Counted from the first letter of the stretch, positions 13,022 through 26,536 are shown. The stretch: 64,000 bases of DNA from Octopus vulgaris (GCA_951406725.2 OX597820.1:115754001-115818000); one strand, 5' to 3'. Numbers and translations are program-made. Notes: generated from the sequence alone by a model not told the origin.

Positions 13022-13693
13022 TCATTCAACTTTAGTTTGATCGGTTACCGTTTCTTCCATAGTTTCGGTCTCTTCCTCTGCATTTCCATTGGAAAGATTC
13101 TTCAATTTACGCATCTTTTGAATTTGCAGTTGTTTCTTTTTCTTAATCTCTTTCCATTTTTCTATGGCAACATTCCTTCTTGCAGAAAAATTATTCTTCC
13201 AAATCGTGTGTTGTTCTTCTGTTTCACTGATTTCTTTCCTCAGCTGCTTCACACGATTTTCCCACTCATCATCTTGGAATAGTGGGCTTTTTCTCCCACT
13301 CTTGTCATTTTTGTTGTTGTTGCCGATTGTGTCATAAAGGTAGGACAAATCATCATCCTCTTCCTCTGTTCTCACTTTATCATCAGGTGTATCTTCCAAA
13401 AGGGTTTTAATGTCATTGCCATTGTTGATATTGCTGTTGTGGTTATTACTATTTATGCTGTTATTACCATTGTTATTGTTGTTATTGTCACTGTTAGTTA
13501 AATTACCTTCATCCTCCTGTTGAATTTCATCTCCATCCTCTGTTCTTCCCCCATCTTCACCACCTTCAACACCCAAGTCTTTTCCCTTGACATCACTGCT
13601 GTCATCATCGTCATCCTCATCTTGAATTAATCCATTATCTTTATGGTCCATATTTGACCCTGACTCTGGAGATACATCATTCATTTCTGCCAT
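13022..13693 (-). CDS. Uncharacterised acidic, Asn-rich, C-terminally coiled-coil protein (223 aa), single coding exon
   Basis: Long open frame in non-repeat DNA; possible upstream acceptor (tttcatttccag, near 13826); minus-strand AATAAA at 12911-12916; no recognisable domain. Confidence 0.55.
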   Translation of the reverse strand: MAEMNDVSPESGSNMDHKDNGLIQDEDDDDDSSDVKGKDLGVEGGEDGGRTEDGDEIQQEDEGNLTNSDNNNNNNGNNSINSNNHNSNINNGNDIKTLLEDTPDDKVRTEEEDDDLSYLYDTIGNNNKNDKSGRKSPLFQDDEWENRVKQLRKEISETEEQHTIWKNNFSARRNVAIEKWKEIKKKKQLQIQKMRKLKNLSNGNAEEETETMEETVTDQTKVE

Positions 13694-13883
13694 AATTGAA
13701 ATTAAATCTGTTTTATTTTATTTCTGTTATGAATCATACATGTGTGTGTGTGTGTTGCTTTGTGTTGGGCAAATGAGAGAGAGTGCTTAGCAAATGTTGC
13801 AGAGGATATGTTTGTCTTATTGAAACTGGAAATGAAAGTATTCTTGTGATTTGAATGTCAGACTGCTTTGGTTTTCAGGCAAA

Positions 13884-13922
<39 letters not shown>

Positions 13923-14136
13923 GCTCACTTGATATATTTCAAATAGCAATAAAAAAAATATCAAAAGGTTTTTGTAGACATCAAGTATTTTATAGTGTTT
14001 GTCTTAAATGGATGATGACCTGGCAAAACCTGAAATTAAAAAGAAAGAAAAACCTTATTAGCAAGGAATGTATAAAGGGATTAATTTAATTTATTGGTAG
14101 TCTTGAGAAAAAGGATGAATGATTTATGAAAGAAAA

Positions 14137-14683
14137 TATTGACTTGTCCGGAAAGTTCATGCCAATTTTTAAAGGAAAGAAAAAGGTCAATAAATACTTG
14201 CCATTACATTTTTAATCAACCAAATATGAAACGTTTTGTTGCACAATGCGTCTCCATCTTTCCTTTAACTTGAAAATACCCTCTTCCCAGAATTGAGGTG
14301 GTTTTATGGCAAAGAATTCATCAAGGGATTGAATTTTTTACCATTAAGAATATTCTGCAGAGAACTGAATAAGTAGAAATCCGAAGGAGCAATATCTGGT
14401 GAATATAGAGGGTGGGTAACACATCCCAACTGAGCTGCAGCAATTTTTGCCTGGTTCCCAAAACATCAAGTGCCGAAAATGAACTTTCTTATTTTCCATT
14501 TTAAAGGGTTACAGAATTAACACAGGTTATAGGAACATAAACCTTCTTCCACGAAAAGATAGCTTAAACTGTGCTCTAAATGGAGGTGTAGTCAAATCCT
14601 ATTTTATGGACTCAACCATGTTCTAAAATAAGTCGAAAGGTAAGCTACTATAAATCGTCATGAACTTTCCAGACAACCCAATA
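14137..14683 (-). mobile_element. Internally deleted mariner element
   Basis: TIRs ttgtccggaaagttcatg / catgaactttccagacaa; residual YSPDIAPSDFYLFSSLQN motif on the minus strand. Confidence 0.85.
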
Positions 14684-15182
14684 TTAAACAGTAATGAAAT
14701 AATGTTTCAAAATAGGTATAGACATGGCTGTGTGGTTAAGAAGCTAGCTTTGCAACCACATTGATTCAGGTTCAGTCCTACTGTGTGGCACTTTGGCCAA
14801 GTGTCTTGTATTATAGCCCCAAGCTGACCAATGTCTTGTAAGTAAATTTGGCAGATGGAGATTGTGTGAAAATCTTTCATATGTATATGCGTGTGTGTGT
14901 TTGTCCACTATGGCTTGATAGCCAGTATTGGTTTGTTCATGTCCCCAGTTTGGCTAAAGGGACCGATAAAATAAGTACCAAACTAATAAAACAAGTACTG
15001 GGGTAAATTTGTCTGATTAAAACCAAAAAAGGTGGTGCTCCAGCATGGCCACAATCCAATAACAGATAAAAGGTAATATTTCTTGTTCTTGTGCCATTGA
15101 ACAACTTCTGGTGACTTCCTTCGCAAACCCTGTGTCCAGACGATGGAATCCTTGCGAGAGGATGCAAAGATGGTTTCATGTT

Positions 15183-15630
15183 ATCATCATCACCATTGTT
15201 TAATGTCCGTTTTCCATGCTGGCATGGGTTGGATAGTTTGACTGGGGTCTGGGAAGCCAGGAGGCTGCATCAGGCTCCAGTCTGATCTGGCAGAGTTTCT
15301 ACAGCTGGATGCCCTTCCTAACGCTAACCACTCCAAGAGTGTAGTGGGTGCTTTTACGTACCACCAGCACAGGGGCCAGAGGGGGCTGGCATCGACCATG
15401 ATTGGATGGTATTTTTACATGCCGCCGGCACGGAAGCCAGTCAAGGCGGCGCTGGCATCGGCCATGTTCAGATGGTGCTTTTTACGTGCCACCAGCACAG
15501 GGGCCGGAGGGGACTGGCATCGACCATGATTGGATAGTGTTTTTACGTGCCACCGGCACGGAAGCCAGTCAAGGCAGCACTGGCATCGGCCATGTTCAGA
15601 TGGTGCTTTTTACGTGCCACCAGCATGGGG
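15183..15630 (-). mobile_element. SINE family D (RTE-like tail ending in (GAT)n) with internal tandem repeats
   Basis: ccaacccatgccagcatggaaaacggacattaaac...gatgat tail. Other copies at 18926-19345, 26782-26995, 27545-27790, 37765-38085, 38537-38695 and 52340-52550. Confidence 0.8.
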
Positions 15631-15809
15631 TTCACAACTACAATTTGCATTTCTATTTACAAAACGCTATGTTGTTGGTTCATTACCGACAAGATCACCA
15701 CATGTGTCTAGTAATTCAGAATTTAAAGAAGCAGGACAAACCAACAATGCATTTTGTCCTATTCTCTAGCAACATTCACTACATGTTCCTTTTTATCAAT
15801 GTTACAAGC

Positions 15810-16050
15810 TTGTTTTAGCCTTCAAATGATGCCACCCTGCTGGCTAAGCGAGCTGGCCAACAGAAGAGTGAGTGAGAGAAAGTTGTGGCGAAAGAGTACA
15901 GCAGGGATTGCCACCACTCCCTGCCGGAGCCTCATGGAGCTTTAGGTGTTTTTGCTCAATAAACACGCCCAACACCCAGCCTGGTAATCGAAACCGCGAT
16001 CCTACGACCGCGACTCCGCTGCCCTAACCACTGGGCCATTGCGCCTCCAC
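15810..16050 (-). mobile_element. tRNA-headed SINE family C
   Basis: ggaggcgcaatggcccagtggttagggcagcgg A-box and ggtttcgatt B-box. Other copies at 17020-17342, 17775-18085, 23395-23655, 37195-37505 and 43181-43409. Confidence 0.85.
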
Positions 16051-16342
16051 ACATATTGTTACAATGTTACAAGCACCAACAGGACTGCTATAAACAGCAG
16101 CCAAATCTTCAAATCACATCTTGTTGTATTTAAAAAAGACAACAGGATATGAGTGGATAATGCAGGTTTAATTATATTGTTTGGGACAGGAAGAGTCATG
16201 GCTGGAATTCATTTGATCAGAGACCTGCTCATTCATTGCTGAACTGAGGTTAAATAACTAAGGCCCCATTCGAGGAGAGGGGGCCAATCTAATTAATTGT
16301 TTCATCTCATTATTTATGGTCTTGTGCTTAATTTAGGAATAT

Positions 16343-16720
16343 ACTCTTTTACTTGTTTCAGTCATTTGACTGCGGCCATGCTGGAGCACCGCCTTTAGTC
16401 GAGCAACTAGACCCAAGGACTTATTCTTTGTAAGCCCAGTACTTATTCTACCAGTCTCTTTTGCCGAACCGCTAAGTGACGGGGACATAAACACACCAGC
16501 ATCGGTTGTCAAGCAATGCTAGGGGGACAAACACATGCACACATATATATATATACATATATACGACGGGCTTCTTTCAGTTTCCGTCTACCAAATCCAC
16601 TCACAAGGCATTGGTCGGCCCGGGGCTATAGTAGAAGACACTTGCCCAAGATGCCACGCAGTGGGACTGAACCTTGAACCATGTGGTTGGTTAGCAAGCT
16701 ACTTACCACACAGCCACTCC
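16343..16720 (-). mobile_element. SINE family A, near full length
   Basis: tRNA-like head, internal (TA/TG)n, stem-loop tail. Other copies at 14717-15077, 18511-18922, 21592-22189, 35012-35410, 51862-52270 and 63795-64000. Confidence 0.85.
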
Positions 16721-17375
16721 ACTGTTCATCTTGTATCTTTTTCTCGGCTACCCTTGCCCACCCTTGTTTAATGAGGGGTTGACCTCCAGTTTTTTATACC
16801 CTGTTGAACCACACAATCCATTGTAGCATGGAAAGTAGACATAGTGGGATGATGGTGATGTGTGTGTGTGTCATCATCATTGTCTGCTTTCTTGCTGGCA
16901 TGGGTTGGACGGTTTGACTGAGGAGTGGCGAGCTAGAAGGCTGCACCAGGCTCCAGTCTTGATCTGGCAAAGTTTCTACAGCTGGATATCCTCCCTAACA
17001 CCAACCACTCCATCGGTTACAACGATGATGGTTCCAGTTGATCCGATCAATGGAACAGCCTACTCGTGAAATTAACATGCAAGTGGCTGAGTACTCCTCA
17101 GACACATGTACCCTTAACATAGTTCTCAGGGAGATTCAGTGTGACAAGGCCGGCCCCTTTTGAATTACAGGTACAGCAGAAAAAGGGAGAAGGAGTGAGA
17201 GAAAGTTGTGTTGAAAGAATACAGCAGGGTTTGCCACCAGCCCCTGCCGGTGTTAAAAACTGACAACACCCAGTCTGGGAATTGAAGCCACGATCCCATG
17301 ACTGCGAGTCCACTGCCCTAACCACTGGTCCATTGTGCCTCTACAAAAGAATATATATATATATGTGTGTGTGTG

Positions 17376-17635
17376 TGTATTGTATAAAGGGTTGTGGGTA
17401 AGGGCCAAAATAATGCAAAGTAAATGCAATGTAAGTCACAAGAAAACAAATATGTGAATTAACATAGATTTACCTTGTATTCAATATTTCGGGGTTATGA
17501 CCCCATTTTCAAGAAATAGATGATATATTGAAAACAAGGTAAATCTACATTAATTCACATAATTGCTTTCTTGTGATCTACCTTGTATTTACTTCACATT
17601 GTTTTGGCCTTACCCACAATCCTTTATACAATATA
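17376..17635. repeat. Palindromic insert with degenerate hammerhead-like core
   Basis: Inverted arms of about 110 bp; minus strand reads tatttc-TTGAAAA-t-GGGGTcataACCCC-GAAA-tatt-gaata. Confidence 0.6.
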
Positions 17636-17668
17636 TTCTACACAATGCTTCATAGTAATTATTCCATT

Positions 17669-18085
<417 letters not shown>

Positions 18086-19842
18086 TATATATATATATAT
18101 AAATACACACACACTACTGTACAGATGTTTTCATAATGGACACATTATAAGCTCATGCAATAAGCAGCCATCACTTTCTTAGCAGTTGAAATTTAAATAA
18201 ATGTTGCTTATTGCTTGAACTTACAATAAGCACATTATAGAAACGTTTGAACAGTTGTAGTAGTATCAATAGATCTTTTACAGCAAGATATTGCTCAGTA
18301 GATATTTCTAAATTAAGTAAATAGCTTTTTCATAATTCACATTAAAAAAAAAAATGTTGAAACACATTATTCATTAAAATTGTAATATATAATACAGACA
18401 GAGTCAACGACTATTATTTCTAGCAATGTAGGGGATCTCCAGCCAACCAGGAGGGACAGCAGTTCTGAGAAGGGAAAAAATGACTTGGAATGTGATATAT
18501 ATATATATATACTCCTTTACTCTTTTATTCTTTTACTTGTTTCAGTCATTTGCTGGAGCACTGCCTTTAGTCGAGCAGATCGACCTCAGGACATATTCTT
18601 TGTAAGCCTAGTACTTATTCTATCGGTCTCTTTTGCTGAACTGCTAAGTTACGGGGTCGGAAACACACCAGCATCGGTTGTCAAGCAATGCTAGGGGGAC
18701 AAACACAGACACACACACATATACACTCACACACACACACATATATATATACATATATACAACGGGCTTCTTTCAGTTTCCGTCTACCAAATCCACTCAC
18801 AAAGCTTTGGTCAGCCCGAGGCTATAGTAGAAGACACTTGCCCAAGGTGCCACACAGTGGGACTGAACCCGGAACCATGTGGTTGGTAAGCAAGCTACTT
18901 ACCACACAACCACTCCCACGCCTATATCATCATCATCATCATCATCGTTTAACGTCCGTTCTCCATGCTAGCATGGGTTGGACGGTTTGACCGGGGATCT
19001 GGGAAGCCAGAAGGCTGCACCAGGCTCCAGTCTTTCTACTGCTGGATGCCCTTCTACTGCTCTTTCTACTGCTGGATGCCCTTCCTAACGCCAACCACGC
19101 TGTGAGTGTAGTGGGTGCTTTTTACGTGCCACCTGCACTGGTGCCAGGCGAGGCTGGCATCGACCACGGTCGGATTGGTGCATTTTACGTGCCGCCTGCA
19201 CGGAAGCCAGTCAAGGCATCACTGGCTTCGGCCACGATTCGGATGGTGCTTTTTACGTGCCACCGACACGGAAGCCAGTCGAGGCGGCGCTGGCATCAGC
19301 CATGATTCGGATAGTGCTTTTTATATATATATATCATCATCATCATCATTTAATGTACTGGTCCCATAGAGGCATACATTGAATGGTTAAGGATTCTGAG
19401 GACTGTGTTGGCCTCGAGTGTCTGTTTTGAAATGGTTCCTACAGCTGGATAGCCTTCCTTTTTGTGGCACCGGAACTAATGAGGCCACCAAATAACTCAC
19501 AAGACAAGACCCCATTCACAAAGTGGTGGAGCAGTAACGGTGGCTTTGTGCCAGGTGTAGTGAAAGAGGGACAGGTGTAAGGGTCTTGCTGTGAAGGAGA
19601 TACAGATTTACCCCCAGCAGGAAAGGGTGTGGGGGTGCAAATGGGTTATTAAGGTATACCCTTAATGTACAAGTAGAGGGACAGAGAAAGAATGGGGGCA
19701 CAGAACCAAGGATTCCACTCACAATGCTTTGGTTGGCTTGAGGCTAGAGTAGAAGACATTTGCCCAAGGTGCCACGCAGTGGGACTGAACCTTGAACCAT
19801 GTGGTTGGTAAGCAAGCTATTTACAACACAGCTACTCCTGTG

Positions 19843-20100
<258 letters not shown>

Positions 20101-20626
20101 TATATATATATATATATATTGTGTCTGGGGAGAGTCATTCTGTTTTAATGTCTTATTAATTAACACACTCACCAGTTCAGTTTCCATTCATTTATTATTT
20201 GTTCACCTACATTGCTAGAAATAAGAGTTAAAATACTCTTAATCCTGTAAGAAGAGCATAAATATGTATATATATAGATATACTGACAGCAGAGGTAACC
20301 ATGCCGTGATCATCCCAAGGATCAATGAGACTTAGCCTAGTTTTGCTCACACCATAGGCATCGTCTGTGCTGACTGCTTGAACAGCTCAAAGTCGACTAA
20401 TTCTGTCTGCCAGCATATATATTTACCATAAAAATTTATGGATGATTTAGTGAAATGCTAATGTATATACTACAAAGGAAAATTAACACCCAAGTGTAAT
20501 GTGATACCATAAAGGTAAAATTCAATCATCTCATTGCACCTGGCTGTTTATCATTTTTAGTATACGCATTAGCATTTCACTAAATCATCTACAAATTTTT
20601 ATGGTAAATATATATATATATATACA

Positions 20627-21010
20627 GGCGCAGGAGTGGCTGTGTGGTAAGTAGCTTGCTTATGGTTACGGATTCATTCCCACTATGTGGCACCTTGGGC
20701 AAGTGTCTCCTACTATAGCCTTGGGCCGACCAAAGCCTTGTGAGTGGATTTGGTTGACGGAAACTGAAAGAAGCCCGTCGTATATATGTATATATATACA
20801 TGTGTGTGTGTGTGTCTGTATTTGTCCCCCCAACATCGCTTGACAACCGATGGTGGTGTGTTTCTGTCACCATAACTTAGCGGTTTGGCAAAAGAGACCG
20901 ATAGAATAAGTACTAGGCTTACAAAGAATAAGTCCTGGGGTCGATTTGCTTGACTAAAGGTGGTGCTCCGGCATGGCCACAGTCAAATGACTGAAACAAG
21001 TGAAAGAGTA
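20627..21010 (+). mobile_element. SINE family A, full length
   Basis: ggcgcaggagtggctgtgtggtaag head through tgactgaaacaagtgaaagagta tail. Confidence 0.88.
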
Positions 21011-21821
21011 TATTGATCTCTGTTGGTTTACCAGAAGTGATAATCGAGAGGACTCAATACAAATGTGGAGTGTTCTTTAACGAGCCATTACTGAAAGGCT
21101 CCAATTTCTAGTAATTAGAGTTGCTCGTAACCGATCATCATTTGGTAAAGTGAGCTTGGTTTCCTTTTGAATATCCACTGTCTGATTATTGGAAATAAGC
21201 ATCTGGAAATCAAGGTCTTTGAGTTACACACACACACACACACACATTCAGTTGAAGAATTAAATGTGGTGCCATGAATTCCATTCTGACTTAATGTATC
21301 ATACTCTGTAACTAAATGGAATTTCAGTTTGTATGGACAGATTTCTTTGAGGCAAATCTTCTATTTTTTGTACACATAGAAATACAGATATATCAAATAC
21401 CATACAACATAAATTGTTGATTTATGAAAATCATCTCAGCCTCTAGAGCAGTGTTTCTCAACGTTTTTATCCTTGCTACATATAAATTACATGTCTCAAG
21501 GAACCCCTGCACAAGAAAATTATATTCCATATCTATCTCGTATTTTTTTCATCATAGTTCATATGCTAAATAAATAAATATATATATATATACTCTTTAC
21601 TCTTTTACTTGTTTCAGTCATTTGACTGCAGCCATGCTGGAGCACCACCTTTAGTCGAGCAAATCAACCCCGGGACTTATTCTTTGTAAGCCCAGTACTT
21701 ATTCTATCGGTTTCTTTTGCTGAACCGCTAAGTGACGGGGATGTAAACACACCAGCATCGGTTGTCAAGCAATGCTAGGGGGACAAACACAGACACACAA
21801 ACACACACACATACACATATA

Positions 21822-22011
21822 TCAAAATGTGACCTCGTGTGTACCGTTGGCGATTTTTTTCTTCTGTCTTTCCTTCTATATTTCCGACGAAGAGCTCCGC
21901 TCGAAACATTAAACCCTCCTTCTTCCCTTCTTTCCTGAGCGTCCAATAATACCATATTTGTTCCACATCCTCGCGTTGTTGTGTATTTTTGTGTTTTCTT
22001 GTTTGGATTAA
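21822..22011 (+). mobile_element. Short hammerhead-bearing PLE-type repeat inserted into the microsatellite of a family A SINE
   Basis: Splits SINE 21592-22189; CCGACGA-a-GAGCtccGCTC-GAAA-catt-aaac at 21880-21914. Confidence 0.7.
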
Positions 22012-22201
22012 CTATATATATATACATATATACGACAGGCTTCTTTCAGTTTCTGTCTACCAAATCCACTCACAAGGCATTGGTCAGCCCGGGGCTATAG
22101 CAGAAGACACTAGCCCAAGATGCCACGCAGTGGGACTGACCCCGGAACCATGTGGTTGGTTAGCAAGCTACTTACCACACAGCCACTCCTATATATATAT
22201 A

Positions 22202-23365
22202 CACTGGCGTCGGAAATTAATTAGCACTTCTCAAATTTCTACATTTTCTTACATTTTCTTAATTTAATTAACTTATTATCAGAAACGAACTCGTTTTTAA
22301 TCAAAAATTTATTAAAACATATCCCAGCACACCACATAATTGTTATTAATCGTGAAATTTAGTCAATATCTTGTTGCTCCTCCTTTGGCAGCAATGACAG
22401 CTGCTACGTGGGTCGGCATGCTGTCTATGAGTGCCTGCAGGTACTGTGCAGGGATGGCCCCCCCATGCAGCAAGAAGTGCCCCAAACAGCTCGTGTCGGT
22501 TCCTGTATTGTTGCACATTCAAATCCCTACCCAATCGACTCCAGAGGTTCTCAATAGGGTTCAGGTCAGGTGAATGGCTAGGCCAGTCCATGACCGTCAC
22601 CCCATGGTCCTTGAAGAAACCGGTTGTGAGCTTGGCTGTGTGGGAAGGCGCGTTGTCCTGCTGGAGCAGTACTCCTCGCCACCAAAGAGGTATCCCGTAC
22701 TATCTCAACGTACTTTGCTGCGTTGATGTTGCCTTCGACAGCATAGAGCCGCCCAACACCACTGTAGCTGAACGGCCCTCACACCATCAGACCACCCCCA
22801 CCTTGCTTCATGGTGGGAGCAATGCAGTCTTTGTTGAAGCGCTCACCCCTGTGGCGTCGCACATGGACAGGCTTGTCACTGACGAGACTGAATCGCGACT
22901 CGTCAGTGAACATCACTGTCCGCCACTGCTGCACGGTCCATGTCTTGTGGGCACGGGCCCAGAGCAGCCACCTCTTCCGGTTTTGGGCTGTTAGGAGCGG
23001 CTTACGGGTGGCCCTACAGGATTTTAGACCAGCTTCCAGTAATCTGGTCTTGACGGTGGTTGTAGACAACTGCTTCCCTGTCATCTTTTGCATCTCCTCC
23101 GCCAGTTGCCGGCTCATTACCCTTCGGTTGTACAGTGACTTTCAGATCAGCATCCGGTCCTCCCGCTGGGTCGTCAGCCTCTTCCGTCCCCTACCCTTTT
23201 TGTCAGCTGCTGATCCAGTTTCCTCGTATTTCTTAAATAAGCACTGAATTGTGCGCCTGGCTACACCAAGTTTTCTGGCTATTGCAGCCTCCGACAGCTT
23301 CCCACGCCACGAGAGAGCCTCCTCATACCGTCTCTCCAAGGTCATGCGAGGTCTTGGGCCCATCT
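22202..23365 (-). pseudogene. Tc1-like transposon with frameshifted transposase (DD34E type); one end missing
   Basis: HTH (AIARKLGVARRTIQ), VMFTDESRF and WPSHSPDLNPIENLWS split over three frames; TA-flanked end at 22202. Confidence 0.92.
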
Positions 23366-24635
23366 AGGAATGAACGATAAAAACCAGTTATATTACCATG
23401 CCTTGCTCATAAAGGTCAGTTTCCCAGTTTCCTTGGTGTATAGGTTCCCCACCAGGTGAGCTTCAAGATGCAGGAGGAAAGAGCGAGAGAAAGTTGTAGC
23501 GAAAGAGTCAGCAGATGTTTCGCCATTACCTTCTGCCAGAGTCACATGGAGCTTAGGTGTTTCACTCATAAACACACACATTGCCTGGTCTGAGAATCGA
23601 ACCCACGATCCCTTAACCGTGAGCTCGCTGCTCTAACCACAAGGCCATGTGCCTTAACATGTAACAATTACTAAATGGCAATTAAGACCAACTCCACTTG
23701 AGAAGGGGAGACAATCTTATGAATCTAGAATTGCCCAAATTTAAAACATCATTAAGGAAAAGAATATGCTTATTCTTTGGAGAGAAGAAGACAGACATGG
23801 ATGTGGCATCTGCATGGTGAATGTCTGACCTTGTTTCCAGTAGCCAAAGGTCAGGTCAGGTGTGGGGGCATGTGCCATTGTGAGGCATTGCTGAATTCAC
23901 CATTTGTTAGCATATTCCTGAATCCTCTCAAGTGATTGTTGAGCAGATTCCTCATCAGTCTCCATCTCCACGAGATACCTCCTCATCTGTTGTACCCCAA
24001 GTGGCATGTGGTTGGTCAACACAAGCCATCAACCCAGTCAGACCCTCAGTGAAGGGAACATGATAGACAAGGTCTATCTTGGAAAATCAAACAACATAGC
24101 CAAACTGTTTGAGCTGATAGTCCCGAATCATACAAGTAACAGCATACATCCTGGTTTCTGAGAAGAGTGATGGGTTGGATACAGAATCCGACCAATAGTA
24201 ACCCATAACCCTGCAAAGTGTCCTCGGACCAAAGAATTTCAAGTGGATCCTAAAGGCCCTGGATGATGTCCAAATCTGACAAGTACAGAGCAGCCCCTCC
24301 CTGTCCTGCTCTATACTGACCAAACTGGTCTTTTCTCTCTTTTTTTCTGTTTTTCTTTTCTTATCTACCATCCTTTTGTTATCTTTTGTCATTTACTTGT
24401 TTCAGTTATTAGACTGCGGCCATGCTGGGGCACTGCCATGAGGAATATTTTAGTCGAATGAATTGACCCCAAGACCTATGTTTTTTTAAAGCCTGGTACT
24501 TATTTTATTGATCTGTTTTGCTGAACTGCTTAGTGATGGGAATGTAAACACACCAACACTGGTTGTCAGGCAGTGGTGGTGGGGGTGACAAAACACTCAC
24601 ACATGCGCATGCCCACACACACACACACATACACA

Positions 24636-25490
24636 CAGGGTGCCATAGGTAAATTATTGCCATTTAATATTTTTAATTTCACACATGTGCATTGTTTGTT
24701 TTTGATTTTGTCAACTACACAGTATGGTAGGGTCAGTTGGGCACTGTCTGTGAGAAAAGCAGCACCATGATGCAATTCACTCTGCCAGAAATTTGGAAAA
24801 GACATGCTGTACTGCTTGGCATTTGCACCAGAAACTCCAATACCAACAGATGGTGAATACAAAACAACCGTTGGCTTGCCATGTCCCTAAAACTTGTACC
24901 GAGAGTGATAAAAATTAAACATCCAGTCAGCCTCTTGGTGTTTGGAGTGATCACTAGTGATGGTGACGTTATGCCTCCATCCATCTTCCCACATGGCCTC
25001 AGACTCAACATGGAAGCTAACATTAAGTGCCTGGAGGAGGTACTGCTGTCTTGAATGAAGAGGGTGGCTGCTGAAAGATGCTATGTCTGGCAACAGGACT
25101 ATGCACCATGCCACACAAGTAGGAGAACCTAGTCATGACTGTCAGACAATTTCTGTGACCACATCACCCCTAGCATTTGGCCACCTAACTCCCCAGACAG
25201 CAATCCCCTTGATTATTATGTGTGGAACAAAACTCCTTGTAACACCAAAGATGAACTGAAGGCAAGGATTATGGCAGCATTCACCAACTTAAACAAAGAG
25301 ACTGTCCAAAAGAGTTATAGGAGATCTCAAAGTCATCTGGAGGCCATGGTTGGAGCCAATGGTGATTGTATTGAATGAATTTATTCTTTAGTGTTTCAAG
25401 ATACTTTTATGTAATTTTGGTAAATATATCTGTTAAAATGAGATGTCAGTGTGATTTTCATTTTTGTGTAATTTGGACAACAATATATCC
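24636..25490 (+). mobile_element. Degenerate Tc1/mariner-superfamily (maT-like) element
   Basis: cagggtg terminus; residual WQQDYAPCHTS and WPPNSPD.NPLDYYVW motifs. Confidence 0.8.
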
Positions 25491-26075
25491 AAGGCTGTGA
25501 ACAATTTCAGAACATTTATAAAGAGAAGGTCTTATGGCTGTTTCCTGGATATTTTATAAATCCCTTCATCGGAGGCGGAGTGAGAAAATGGTTAAGCAAT
25601 AGTTATTCTGGAGAAGATATGAAATAGAGAGTGAAGTGGAGGAATGAAAACAGATGTGAGATATGCAGGGATATTGTATCTGCAGTTCCATTATATATTA
25701 TATACGAGTGAGTAGACAAATGAAAGAAGGGCAACCAACATATTTATTGGGAGTTACATGTATAAATCAAAACAGTTTCATTCAGACTCCCTAGGAGTCT
25801 GTTTTCATCAATATAATCAACTAGGCCCTTACCCCAAAATTTCAGGCGTTGTGCCTATAGTGAAAGGATTATTATTATTATTTTTTTTTTTTTTCCTCTT
25901 TCAAATTTGCTTCCATTTCTTGCCGAGTGTCTTCCCAACTCCTAGGGAAAAGAAACTCATAGTATACATTGGTAGGCCATTAAACTAAACTCAATAGTTC
26001 GTTCATTTTTTTTTTTTAAGTTAAATTAAAATACATGGGTAGTAATAGTTCTCACATCGACAATGCTCTTCTCAA

Positions 26076-26157
<82 letters not shown>

Positions 26158-26159
<2 letters not shown>

Positions 26160-26466
26160 GTTTGACTTTTGCTTTATATTTGTACAAGTTGGCTCCAAGT
26201 CTCACCCAGAGACCTCAAGAGACAACAGGTTGGAAGTTCGTGTTGTTGTTATGCCTAGTGTGCCATATATTTGGTTTTGAAATTAGTGTTGTACTAGTGA
26301 ATGTGAATGTCTAAAAAAACCCAAAAAAACCCCCGAAAATTATGTTTGTTTTAAAACTTGAGATTACATAGAAAGTATTTTGCGTAGGATATGAGGAGTT
26401 CCCATGAGCACTATCTTTTGAATTTCTGCCATTTTGGGGTTTCCTGGTATCTGAGTTAGGTAGTGA
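26158..26466 (-). mobile_element. R4/Dong-like non-LTR retrotransposon 3' end within (TAA/TGA)n
   Basis: YLTQIPGNPKMAEIQKIVLMGTPHILRKILSM C-terminus plus 3'UTR, flanked by triplet repeats. Confidence 0.75.
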
Positions 26467-26474
26467 TTATCATT

Positions 26475-26536
<62 letters not shown>

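Noticed and set aside
15340-15625. CRISPR-like array of ggtgctttttacgtgccacc repeats with intervening segments (also 19110-19320 and 44430-44520)
   Set aside because: The spacers resemble each other, the array is internal to a multi-copy eukaryotic SINE, and there are no cas genes
22431-23247. Long plus-strand ORFs (187 and 145 aa)
   Set aside because: Antisense shadows of the GC-rich Tc1 transposase
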